DNA of 32,000 nucleotides, taken from assembly GCF_000020225.1 (NCBI RefSeq), contig NC_010655.1:2610001-2642000 (forward strand), given 5' to 3'. The position numbers and the translations under genes are program-made. This DNA comes from Akkermansia muciniphila ATCC BAA-835. GTDB lineage: Bacteria > Verrucomicrobiota > Verrucomicrobiia > Verrucomicrobiales > Akkermansiaceae. Below, one piece after another: positions 17,640-25,986 of this stretch. How positions within the stretch are numbered: the first letter of the stretch is position 1; each line of letters opens with the position of its first letter. A model generated the notes under the pieces. The model was given only the letters and a program-made list of their open reading frames with translations, had not been told where the DNA came from and did not search any database.

Positions 17640-18326
17640 ATGTCAAAATATATAATAATTCCTATTATTTTCACATCAACAATAGTTTATGGAGATAATC
17701 AAAAATTTAATGAATATGCAATTTTTTGCGAAAAAATGATTGTCACATTGCAGAGCTGCACGGATGAAAAATCCACTTTTTCACACTCTTCCGAATTTCC
17801 TATTATTTTATATACTGTTTTAAATGAAAATCCTTTGAAAGATTTTTTTAAATCTCAAAAGGGAGCTTTATATCATATTATGCTATTGGCGGAGATAGAA
17901 AGATTGAACCATCACAAATGGTTCAATCTTTCCTCTATGAAAAATCATGTTAATCAAATAAAATCAAAAAATACCTTATGCAACGGCATAGAGGATCCAA
18001 GTTCTGCTGTTTCCGCCAAGGAAAAAATTATTAATTACGTAAATAATTTAAATGATAATAAATCAGATGTACTCTATTTAATTTCATATTTATTGGATAT
18101 ATACAAAATTAATGATTTGGAATTGTTTATGAAAATCATGTCGATATCAGATTGCGAATTGCTCAAAAAAATAGATATGATAGAAAAAAAGATTGGTTCT
18201 TTACAAATTAATCATCTGGAACGGACGACAATCAAACATTTGATAAAAGAAATTCAAAACAAATATAAAATACATGAAAATATTTATAATGAATTAAGAA
18301 AAAAATTAAACAGTAACATAGATTGA
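17640..18326 (+). CDS. Putative orphan immunity protein (exported or membrane-anchored)
   Basis: 228-aa ORF at about 28% GC directly after RHS remnant 1. The N-terminus MSKYIIIPIIFTSTIVYG/DN is signal-peptide-like and the rest looks helical. No family recognised. Confidence 0.5.
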   Translation: MSKYIIIPIIFTSTIVYGDNQKFNEYAIFCEKMIVTLQSCTDEKSTFSHSSEFPIILYTVLNENPLKDFFKSQKGALYHIMLLAEIERLNHHKWFNLSSMKNHVNQIKSKNTLCNGIEDPSSAVSAKEKIINYVNNLNDNKSDVLYLISYLLDIYKINDLELFMKIMSISDCELLKKIDMIEKKIGSLQINHLERTTIKHLIKEIQNKYKIHENIYNELRKKLNSNID

Positions 18327-18370
18327 TTCGTATCAAGAAGAATTTGTATATGATAAAATTGCTTCTCCGA

Positions 18371-18659
18371 GAGAAATCATGCTTGTCTCCAGCAGCCTGA
18401 GCTATGATGGCCTGGATGCCGTCCCCTCCTACGGTTACAGCTGCGACAACATCGGTAACCGCAAGACGGCACAGGAATTGGCCTAAGAACTCTCCTACGC
18501 AGCCAACCGCGCGGCGAGCTTCACCAGCCGAGACGGAGCGACCATCTTGGAATGCGGCTACGACCGCCAGGAACGAAGGTACATGAAGAAAATCACCGTC
18601 AACGGGACAGTCGCCAGCCATGGACGAAACTGTACCAGGACTATTTACAGATAGCCGCC
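18371..18659 (+). pseudogene. Orphan RHS core remnant 2 (decayed)
   Basis: Matches the main gene from about 15061 to 15579 with two internal deletions. One is a 132-bp deletion between gcggccaac repeats at 15286-15294 and 15418-15426. GAA is changed to TAA in frame at 18484-18486. Homology ends at the YLQIAA codons. Confidence 0.8.
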
Positions 18660-18740
18660 TCTTGACTGCCGGATGCCGAACAAATAAAATGAATAAAGAG
18701 AACCCTATATTTGTTTTCCCGGTTTATCATAACAAATACC

Positions 18741-19082
18741 ATGCTTGATTTTCTCGTTTTCCTGCTGGATATCCCGTCCCTTCTTGCTGATTTTTCTCCT
18801 CGCGCCAAGCATAAGGGAGAATCACCGTACTGGCGTTTCATGGGGCTTTTTTTACTGACTGCAGAACTGGTTATTCTATTTTTATGGGATATTACGGAAA
18901 GCCCGCCAGCTCTTGTAGCCTGTATTACTTTGGGCCTCTGGCTGATCGCGCACCTCTCCATCCGCGCCTTCAGGAACGGGAAAAACGTAAACGGCCTCTC
19001 CGTCCGTTCCGCTCCGCCATTTTCCTCACAGGCGCCACAAAGAAATGAAGCCCCTACCCCGTATCTCCCTGAAAGGGAATAG
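18741..19082 (+). CDS. Small hypothetical membrane protein, possibly a relic immunity gene
   Basis: From ATG 18741: MLDFLVFLLDIPSLL...FMGLFLLTAELVILFLW...LVACITLGLWLIAHL. That gives about 3 hydrophobic helices and then a Pro/Ser-rich tail. An overlapping minus-strand ORF (18641-19105) looks less protein-like. Confidence 0.35.
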   Translation: MLDFLVFLLDIPSLLADFSPRAKHKGESPYWRFMGLFLLTAELVILFLWDITESPPALVACITLGLWLIAHLSIRAFRNGKNVNGLSVRSAPPFSSQAPQRNEAPTPYLPERE

Positions 19083-19277
19083 CTATATAATTTATTTATT
19101 ATCAATCATTTTAAAATATATACCCGGATTTTTGTCATACAAATTTCTTCTTTTTGAACGGATGCTCCTGTCCGGGACTCTAACCTGCATCAGCAACAAA
19201 CCGGGCGGCGGGAGGTAGAGAGACCGCCGCCCATTATGGGGAGTTCTGAGTTTCATAGGTAATATAGTTGGATAAAA

Positions 19278-19312
19278 AACCCGCACGGGGGAAACCCTGT
19301 GCGGGTTTATTC
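19278..19312. terminator. Hairpin terminator at the right edge of the RHS island
   Basis: aacccgcacggg...ccctgtgcgggtt stem with an A-run upstream and tttatt downstream. It sits between the island and nuoB. Confidence 0.5.
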
Positions 19313-19440
19313 ATCCCCCCTCCCGGAATGCCAGAAAACAGGGCCGGAACAGGCCGCAGAAAATCATGGCTGAACCAAATTAAGGCTTGAGAGTTGAAGG
19401 CATCTCGCTAATCTGGCTTCAGCAAGAATCATCTGTTATC

Positions 19441-20022
19441 ATGGTCACCACGAACGAACCGAATATTTACGAAACGGGAGTACTGGACTCCAATGCGGAA
19501 GGCAATTTTGTCTATACCACCCTGGACGCCGCCATCAACTGGATTCGTAAAAATTCCCTTTGGCCCATGCCGATGGGTCTTTCCTGCTGCGCCATTGAGT
19601 TCATGGCCGTGGCCTGTTCCCGGTATGACCTTTCCCGCTTCGGCTCGGAAGTGACACGTTTTTCCCCCCGCCAGGCGGACGTGATGATTGTAGCCGGCAC
19701 CGTCACTTATAAAATGGCCCTGGCCGTCCGCCGCATCTGGGACCAGATGCCGGAACCCAAATGGTGCATCGCCATGGGCGCGTGCGCTTCCACCGGCGGC
19801 ATGTTCCGCTCCTATTCCGTACTCCAAGGCGTGGACAAGATTCTTCCCGTGGACGTTTACATTTCCGGTTGCCCGCCCCGTCCGGAGGCTATTCTGGAAG
19901 CCCTGCTCACCCTGCGCAAGAAGCTGGATACCCAGCAGCCCGCACGCACTTTCTTCAAGAAGGAAGAACCTCGCGAAGCCAACGCTCCCGTCCCGGTCAA
20001 CACGGAAATGCCCCTTGAATAA
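19441..20022 (+). CDS. nuoB: NADH-quinone oxidoreductase subunit B
   Basis: [30 protein letters not shown] and [10 protein letters not shown] are Fe-S cluster N2 ligand motifs. I prefer ATG 19441 over the TTG at 19387. Confidence 0.93.
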   Translation: MVTTNEPNIYETGVLDSNAEGNFVYTTLDAAINWIRKNSLWPMPMGLSCCAIEFMAVACSRYDLSRFGSEVTRFSPRQADVMIVAGTVTYKMALAVRRIWDQMPEPKWCIAMGACASTGGMFRSYSVLQGVDKILPVDVYISGCPPRPEAILEALLTLRKKLDTQQPARTFFKKEEPREANAPVPVNTEMPLE

Positions 20023-20067
20023 GTTTTTTCAAACGTTTCTTCCGTTCACTTTTACCATTTTTTCTCC

Positions 20068-20652
20068 ATGCTTTCTCTAGAATCACAGATTAAAACCGCC
20101 GCAGACAACGCCCAAAACCGCTTTGGGAAAGACATCATCACGGACCGCTACGAATTCCGCGGAGATATTACGCTGACCGTCGCGCGCCAAGCCGTGGCGG
20201 ATGTTGTCCGCTGGCTACGGGATTCCGCCGGGTTTGATATGCTGGTTAACCTTTCTTCCGTGGACAATATGGGGGAAAGCCCCCGCTTTGAAGTCAACTA
20301 CACGCTGACACAGTCGGAAACGGGAGCGAACCTGAGCCTCAAGACGAAGGTGGACGATGGCGAAGAAGTGCCCAGCGTCACGGAAATTTTCCAGTCCGCC
20401 AACTGGCACGAACGTGAAGCATGGGACCTGATGGGCATCAAGTTCTCAGGTCATCCTGATTTGCGCCGCATTTTGATGTGGGAAGGTTATCCTTATTTCC
20501 CTCTGCGAAAGGATTTCCCTGTTCAAGGCGTACCTACTGAACTGCCGGGCGTCGCCTTTACGGAGGCGGCTCCCACCCAGGGAGCGCCGTTCGCTACGGA
20601 ACAAGGCCGCTGCCCCAGTGCCTGCCGCGAACCCCGGTCCCATAAATTCTAG
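20068..20652 (+). CDS. nuoC: NADH-quinone oxidoreductase subunit C
   Basis: The NuoC/30-kDa subunit signature is ANWHEREAWDLMGIKFSGHPDLRRILMWEGYPYFPLRKDFP. Confidence 0.9.
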   Translation: MLSLESQIKTAADNAQNRFGKDIITDRYEFRGDITLTVARQAVADVVRWLRDSAGFDMLVNLSSVDNMGESPRFEVNYTLTQSETGANLSLKTKVDDGEEVPSVTEIFQSANWHEREAWDLMGIKFSGHPDLRRILMWEGYPYFPLRKDFPVQGVPTELPGVAFTEAAPTQGAPFATEQGRCPSACREPRSHKF

Positions 20653-20687
20653 CCCATTTTCCAGCCCCGCAAGGCGGGGTCCCACCC

Positions 20688-21488
20688 ATGACCCGACTCA
20701 TCCTGCCCATATGCATCATCAGCCTGCTCAGCGGCTGCCAGGACGCCAACCCGGCAGAGCGGGAATGGAAGGAGCAGTTATATAAAAACCTGGCAATCGT
20801 GGGGGCCAGGAACTGGATTGTCATCGCGGAATCCTCCTTTCCCGCCTACACGGGAACCGGCATCAGAACCATGGTTTCCGACAAGACGTCGGACGAAGTA
20901 CTCCTGGATGTGCTGAATATGCTGGAAGAGGAAGCCCACGTGGTGCCCCGCATCATGATCAGCTCGGAGCTGCGCAGCGTTACGGAGGACTATGCTCCCG
21001 GCATTAAGCGCTACCGCAACAATATCAATAAAATGCTTCCTGGGCGCCAGCATTTTGAACTGATGAGCCGTACGATCAATTCCCTGATCGAAGACGCGGC
21101 CAGGCAATTCAACGTTCTGGTCATTAAAACCAAGACATCCCTGCCTTACTCCAATATTTATATTGAACTGGATTCCGGGTACTGGAATTCGGAATCGGAA
21201 ACGGTACTCCGCAAGTCTCTGGAAGCCAAGGACGCCGCCAACCGCCGCGCGGCCCAAGACAGAGTGCTGGACGTGCCCCTGGTTCCGGGAGCCACGCCTG
21301 CGCCACAGGGCAACAAGGAAAATCCGCCAATGCCGGGAGCTCCCGCCTCCCCCGCGGACAACCTGCCGGAGCTCCCGCGGGAAAACCGCCAACCGGCTTC
21401 CCCCTCCGGAGACAAGGCCCCCGGCGTGCCTCCGCCTCCCATCAGGGATCCTCTGGGAAGGAAAACCGCCATTGCCAGATTTTCATGA
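20688..21488 (+). CDS. Lipoprotein with an RbsD/FucU (sugar mutarotase)-like domain and a Pro-rich C-terminal tail
   Basis: The lipobox is LLSGC. LAIVGARNWIVIAESSFPAY aligns with FucU/RbsD MGHGDEIVIADANFPA. KTKTSLPYSNIYIELDSG aligns with FucU TGERAKYGNILLKKG. The last roughly 80 aa are Pro/Ala-rich. Confidence 0.6.
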   Translation: MTRLILPICIISLLSGCQDANPAEREWKEQLYKNLAIVGARNWIVIAESSFPAYTGTGIRTMVSDKTSDEVLLDVLNMLEEEAHVVPRIMISSELRSVTEDYAPGIKRYRNNINKMLPGRQHFELMSRTINSLIEDAARQFNVLVIKTKTSLPYSNIYIELDSGYWNSESETVLRKSLEAKDAANRRAAQDRVLDVPLVPGATPAPQGNKENPPMPGAPASPADNLPELPRENRQPASPSGDKAPGVPPPPIRDPLGRKTAIARFS

Positions 21489-21796
21489 ACCATCATATGG
21501 ACAAGGCTACAGAAGAACGCCTCCGCGCAGAGGCATGGGTAGGGGACGCCATTTTGGCGTTGTACGTCAGGGAATGGATTCTGGCGGAGGAAGGAGCGAT
21601 CAACGGCAAGCTTTTCGTAGAATTCACCAGCAATGATTTTCTGCGCCGCACCGGCAACGCCACAGGCGTGGAAGCGGAGATAGGCCGCACTTTCAAAGCG
21701 GGCGGCCTGGAAGCAGCCTATGCATGGATTGAGCATCATTTGAAGCCCCGCATGGAGGAACGCTGGCACACCCTGCGCAGAAAAGCCCTCCGGTAA
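21485..21796 (+). CDS. Mini-ribonuclease III-like protein
   Basis: EAWVGDAILALYVREWIL resembles the Bacillus Mini-III LAYIGDAIFEVYVRHHLL. VEAEIG resembles FEALLG. It is only 103 aa. Its ATG overlaps the preceding TGA (ATGA at 21485-21488). Confidence 0.55.
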   Translation: MNHHMDKATEERLRAEAWVGDAILALYVREWILAEEGAINGKLFVEFTSNDFLRRTGNATGVEAEIGRTFKAGGLEAAYAWIEHHLKPRMEERWHTLRRKALR

Positions 21797-21808
21797 ACTG
21801 CCGCCGCC

Positions 21809-22939
21809 ATGCCCGCCACCGGAACACCCCTGCCTTGGGACCGCGGCAACGGCCCCTGCGTGATGGCCCCGCCCCATTTGAGGGGCTGGGCGGAAGAGGC
21901 CGCCGCCTTTCTTTCCCTCCGGGGCATGGACGGAATCACAGCCTTCGCCACCTCCGGCTCTTCCGGTTCTCCGCCCAAAGCCATTTTGTTTACCCGCCGC
22001 GCCCTGGACATATGCGCGCGTGGGGCATTGGAACATTTACATGCGGAAAGCGGGGACTGGTGCTGCCCGCTGCCTGTATGGCATGTGGGGGGCGCCATGA
22101 TTTACCTGCGCGCGGCCCTGGCCGGAACCGCCGTCCATACGCTCCGCGGAAAGTGGTGCCCGCAGGCTTATGCCGACCTGATGAAAAGTTCCGGAGCCAG
22201 ATGGTCCTCCCTGGTCCCCACGCAGGTAGTGGATCTGGTCAGCCTCGGCCTCCGCGCGCCTTCCACCGCCGGGTGCATTATCGTAGGCGGCGGCGCGCTG
22301 GACACGGAGACGGGACGGAAAGCACGCACCCTTGGCTGGCCCGTAGTGCAGAGCTACGGCATGACGGAAGCCGGCTCCCAATTAGCCACGGCCCTTCCCG
22401 GAGATTCCTTCCATACGGACCGCCTTTCCCTTCTGCCCCATTGGGAAGCTCAGACGGACAAAGGCGGCCTCCTGCGCTTCCAGGGGAAAGGCAAATTGTT
22501 CGGCCGCCTGTTGACGCAGGCTCATGGAGGGTTCCTTCTGGAAAGAGTCGCTCCGCAGGAGTGGTGGAGCACCCGCGACCTGGTGCGCCTGGAAGGGCGT
22601 TTGCTGACCTTTCTGCGCCGGGCGGACAGACTTGTCAAAGTCCTGGGGGAACTGGTGGATCCGGATGCCGTTCAGGACGTTTTGCGCCGCAGCGTCCCGG
22701 AGGCTGTCGTGGAGGCAGTTCCACATCCGCGCGCCGGAATGGAACTGGTCGCCTGCGGCCCTTCCGCCGCCCCCCTGAAGCAGGCCTGCCGCGAGTGGAA
22801 TGCGTCGGCCCCAGGCCCCCAGCGCATCCGCGCCGTCATGGAAACGCCCATCCCCCTCACGGTCATGGGAAAGCTGGACAGAAACCGGCTGCGCTCCCAG
22901 TTGAGCGATCATCCGGAAAAGTTGAAGGGAATTTACTAA
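21809..22939 (+). CDS. menE: Short adenylate-forming (ANL) enzyme, probably O-succinylbenzoate-CoA ligase-like
   Basis: The P-loop is TSGSSGSPPK and the adenine motif is YGMTE. It is 376 aa, with the P-loop only about 48 residues from the N-terminus. The MenE assignment is tentative. Confidence 0.6.
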   Translation: MPATGTPLPWDRGNGPCVMAPPHLRGWAEEAAAFLSLRGMDGITAFATSGSSGSPPKAILFTRRALDICARGALEHLHAESGDWCCPLPVWHVGGAMIYLRAALAGTAVHTLRGKWCPQAYADLMKSSGARWSSLVPTQVVDLVSLGLRAPSTAGCIIVGGGALDTETGRKARTLGWPVVQSYGMTEAGSQLATALPGDSFHTDRLSLLPHWEAQTDKGGLLRFQGKGKLFGRLLTQAHGGFLLERVAPQEWWSTRDLVRLEGRLLTFLRRADRLVKVLGELVDPDAVQDVLRRSVPEAVVEAVPHPRAGMELVACGPSAAPLKQACREWNASAPGPQRIRAVMETPIPLTVMGKLDRNRLRSQLSDHPEKLKGIY

Positions 22940-23223
22940 AAGGTAATCTTCCGGGGATATTCATCAAAAGAATCCGGACCTGATGGAATGAAGAAATACG
23001 GCGGGGTTGGAATCCCCAATCCCTTGCCCACTTCATTCATCCCGTCTCCCAGGAAGCCATTTTCCTCCGCCTTGCGGGCTTCCGCACGCGTCTTCGGAAC
23101 CACCCGGTCCCACTCCATTTTTTTTCTTTAAAAAAGAACGTGACATGACCAATAATTAAACATTCAGACACGTGAAAAACGCTTGTAGGGCAGAGGTTTT
23201 TCCTGCTAGAAAAGAGTTGACCC

Positions 23224-25986
23224 ATGCGAGCCCGTCTTTTGCTTATTCCCTTTATTTTTTCCGTTCCGGCTTATGGCCAGGACATTCCGTCCGCCGCAGC
23301 GGCAAATCCCCCCGGGCAGGTGAAATACGCTCCGGTCCGGAACCTCTCCCAACTGCCTATGGACGGCGGCTGGACGTACGGGGAAGTGCTGGACAAAGCC
23401 GCGGCTGGAGACTTCCGGGCCAATATGCTGGCCGGGGAATACTGGATGGGGCTTTATTACCTGAACCGTGGAGACCTGCCGCTGGCCTGCCTGGAACATA
23501 TGCAGCATTTTTTCCGTGATGCGGCCACGGCATCCGGCCATCCGGCACCCAAGCTCATGATGACGGATCCTTACGGGATTTTCGGGATTTTCAAGGCGCA
23601 ACCCATGCAACCGGAACATGCGGAATGGCTGGCTGCCTGCCGCAAGCTTGCGGAAAAGGGAGACATGGATGCCGTTACGGCCCTGTACACCGTCACGGAT
23701 CTTCCGGAAGCCGAGTTGAGACGCTACCTGGCCCCCCTGGAAAAGAAGGCCGCTTCCGGCGACCAGGATGCGCTGTCCCAGCTCGCTTTCATCAAAGTGG
23801 ATTGGCTGAAGGAAAATCCCGCCAACGTTATCGAGACCCTGAAGCAATACCGGAAAAACGCCAAACCGGTTCTTCTGGCGCGGATAGGGGAACTGGCCCT
23901 TGCCCTGGACGGCAAGGACGGCAGGGGATGGAGGGATACGGCCATTCAATCCCTTTCCCGGGCTGCGGAAAAGGGGCACGCGGGGGCCATGCGGCTTCTG
24001 GCGGAATTGACGAAGGGGGCCGCACCGGCACAGGCCGGAAAGCTTTTGGCGGAACTGCGCTCCAGAGGGGATCTGGAAACTCTGCTGGCGGACCTCTCCG
24101 CCGGCATGAAGGAAAAAACAGGGGGAGGTAAAAGCTCCCTCCTCCAGCCTTTGTTCGAGCAGGCCAGGAAACTGGGCAGCAATAACGCCTGTGCCTGGTA
24201 CGCCCAGTTAATTTCCGAAGCGCAGCCCCCGCAGGAACAGGAGCTGCGCAAGGCGGCCCTTGATCTGCTGTCCCTTCATGACGAACGGGGCATGCCATAC
24301 CTGAAGGAACCTCTGTCCTTCCCCCAGAAAAAACTCAACCAGCTTCCCCCCTACGCCAAGACACATAAGGAGCTTGAGCTGGCCTCTCAGCTTGGGGACG
24401 CAGATTCCAGCGTACAGTTGGGCGAGCTGTGGAAGGAGGAACTGGCCAATACACTGGATTCCGTAGGGAAGGCCCATGAAGCGCGGGAAAATATGCGCGT
24501 ATGGTACAGGCAGGCGGCGGAGGAAGGCCACCCCCTGGCCAGGCTGCGCCTGGCCCAAATGGAAAACCCGGACTTAATGGACAAACCGTCCGCAGAACCT
24601 GCCAGAACGCTGCTGAACGATTGCCTGGCAAAAGCCGCCGCAGGAGATTTCATCACGCTGAAAGGAATTTCCGAATACGTCACGCCGGAACAATGGGAAC
24701 AGCTGACCGCCACCCTCCGTAAAAAAGCTCAGGGGGGGAACGCCCGCAGCCAGGCGGATCTGGCATACCTGATGTTATTCAGTTACAGGAGCGAAGAATC
24801 CGGCTACCCGGAAGCCCTGGCCTGGGCCCGGCTTTCCGCCGGACAGGGAGATCCCTGCGGCATGTACGTGCTCGGCCGCGCCCTCATTTATGAATTCGGC
24901 CTGGAAAAACGCATGGCCGAGGGGGATTCCTGGATGTTCCGGGGAGCCTTGAAAGGCCATGTGGATGCGGCGGACATGTGGAGTTCCAACAATGAGAACC
25001 TGCAGCCTTACAGCGCCATGATGCACGGTCTGGCGGCACGGGGGCATATCCCCTCCCTGCTTTTCCTGGCCAACCAGGCGGCCTATCCCCAGAATACGGG
25101 GGAAACAGCGGCCCTGGACAACGGATTCACTTCCGCCTGCCAGCAGGTCAAGCTGACCCTGAACGGAGGGGACGCCAACACTCCGCCGTGGCTCCGGAAA
25201 CCGGAACAGAAGGGTAAGGGGGAAGATATTCCGGCGGATGCCGGAACCGTTCCTCCCTGGATGACCCCGTCCGGCAGGGAACGCCAGGCCCCGGCCCCGA
25301 AAACCATCAATCCGGAAGCCGTGAAGTTCTGGGAACAAGCTGTGGAACTCGGCAGCCTGACGGCACTGGACGAGCTGGCCAATTATTATGAAACCGTGGC
25401 AGGGAATGTGCAGGAGCCTGCGGAACGGCAGCAGCTTCTGGCCTCTGCCATGACGGCAGCCACCGCCCTGGTGAAAAAGGAGGACGTACGCGGTTTCAAG
25501 AGGCTGGCCCGCTATTACGAGCAGGGCATCGGCGTGCAGCCGAACAGGGAACTGTACAAGGATTATGTACTGAAAGCCGCGGAAACCAGGGATCCGGAAG
25601 CTCTGGTGGAGAAGGCGCGCCTGCTCATCAAGGGAGAGGATCTGGAGCCGGACCCGAAAATGGCGCTGGATATTCTGACCGATCTGGAAGAGAACCAGAC
25701 GCATGCGGTGCCCGGCATGCATTTCCTGCTCGGCTACTTGCATGAAGAAGGCCTCGGCACCCCGCAGGATATGGCCCTGGCCTATCAGTTTTACATCAAG
25801 GGGGCGGAACAGGACGACGCCAAGTGCATGAACAACCTGGGTTCCATGTATGAACGCGGAACTGGCGTAGCCAAGAACCTGGCCGAAGCCCAAAAGTGGT
25901 ATGAACGGGCGGCGGAGCTGGGGAATGAAGACGCTCTTGCCAATGTGGAACGGGTAAGGGAAAAACTCAACACGAAGAAGAAATAG
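23224..25986 (+). CDS. Secreted Sel1-like (SLR/TPR) repeat protein, 920 aa
   Basis: The signal peptide is MRARLLLIPFIFSVPAYG/QD. Sel1 units repeat, for example NNLGSMYERGTGVAKNLAEAQKWYERAAELGNEDA and ARYYEQGIGVQPNRELYKDY. Confidence 0.85.
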   Translation: MRARLLLIPFIFSVPAYGQDIPSAAAANPPGQVKYAPVRNLSQLPMDGGWTYGEVLDKAAAGDFRANMLAGEYWMGLYYLNRGDLPLACLEHMQHFFRDAATASGHPAPKLMMTDPYGIFGIFKAQPMQPEHAEWLAACRKLAEKGDMDAVTALYTVTDLPEAELRRYLAPLEKKAASGDQDALSQLAFIKVDWLKENPANVIETLKQYRKNAKPVLLARIGELALALDGKDGRGWRDTAIQSLSRAAEKGHAGAMRLLAELTKGAAPAQAGKLLAELRSRGDLETLLADLSAGMKEKTGGGKSSLLQPLFEQARKLGSNNACAWYAQLISEAQPPQEQELRKAALDLLSLHDERGMPYLKEPLSFPQKKLNQLPPYAKTHKELELASQLGDADSSVQLGELWKEELANTLDSVGKAHEARENMRVWYRQAAEEGHPLARLRLAQMENPDLMDKPSAEPARTLLNDCLAKAAAGDFITLKGISEYVTPEQWEQLTATLRKKAQGGNARSQADLAYLMLFSYRSEESGYPEALAWARLSAGQGDPCGMYVLGRALIYEFGLEKRMAEGDSWMFRGALKGHVDAADMWSSNNENLQPYSAMMHGLAARGHIPSLLFLANQAAYPQNTGETAALDNGFTSACQQVKLTLNGGDANTPPWLRKPEQKGKGEDIPADAGTVPPWMTPSGRERQAPAPKTINPEAVKFWEQAVELGSLTALDELANYYETVAGNVQEPAERQQLLASAMTAATALVKKEDVRGFKRLARYYEQGIGVQPNRELYKDYVLKAAETRDPEALVEKARLLIKGEDLEPDPKMALDILTDLEENQTHAVPGMHFLLGYLHEEGLGTPQDMALAYQFYIKGAEQDDAKCMNNLGSMYERGTGVAKNLAEAQKWYERAAELGNEDALANVERVREKLNTKKK

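Noticed and set aside
19140-19240. A 9-bp GC hairpin (gggcggcgg/ccgccgccc, about 19203-19231) and tRNA-like fragments as a possible tRNA, att site or sRNA at the island edge.
   Set aside because: There is no cloverleaf, no T-loop consensus (GGTTCGAATCC) and no flanking repeat. The hairpin alone is not enough.
19092-19286. 64-aa minus-strand ORF in the island-nuoB spacer.
   Set aside because: Its putative start lies inside the terminator hairpin. The sequence is Arg/Pro-rich and has no upstream partner gene.
21835-22983. 382-aa ORF in an alternative frame over the ANL ligase gene.
   Set aside because: The Arg/Pro/Gly-rich translation has no motifs. The 21809 frame carries the TSGSSGSPPK and YGMTE motifs.
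22936-23225. Small minus-strand ORFs (60-62 aa) between the ligase and Sel1 genes.
   Set aside because: They have no motifs and overlap each other. This is more likely the promoter region of the Sel1-repeat gene.
24732-24738. G7 run inside the Sel1-repeat gene.
   Set aside because: It is short and sits mid-gene in high-GC DNA, so it is not distinctive compared with the G20 tract.
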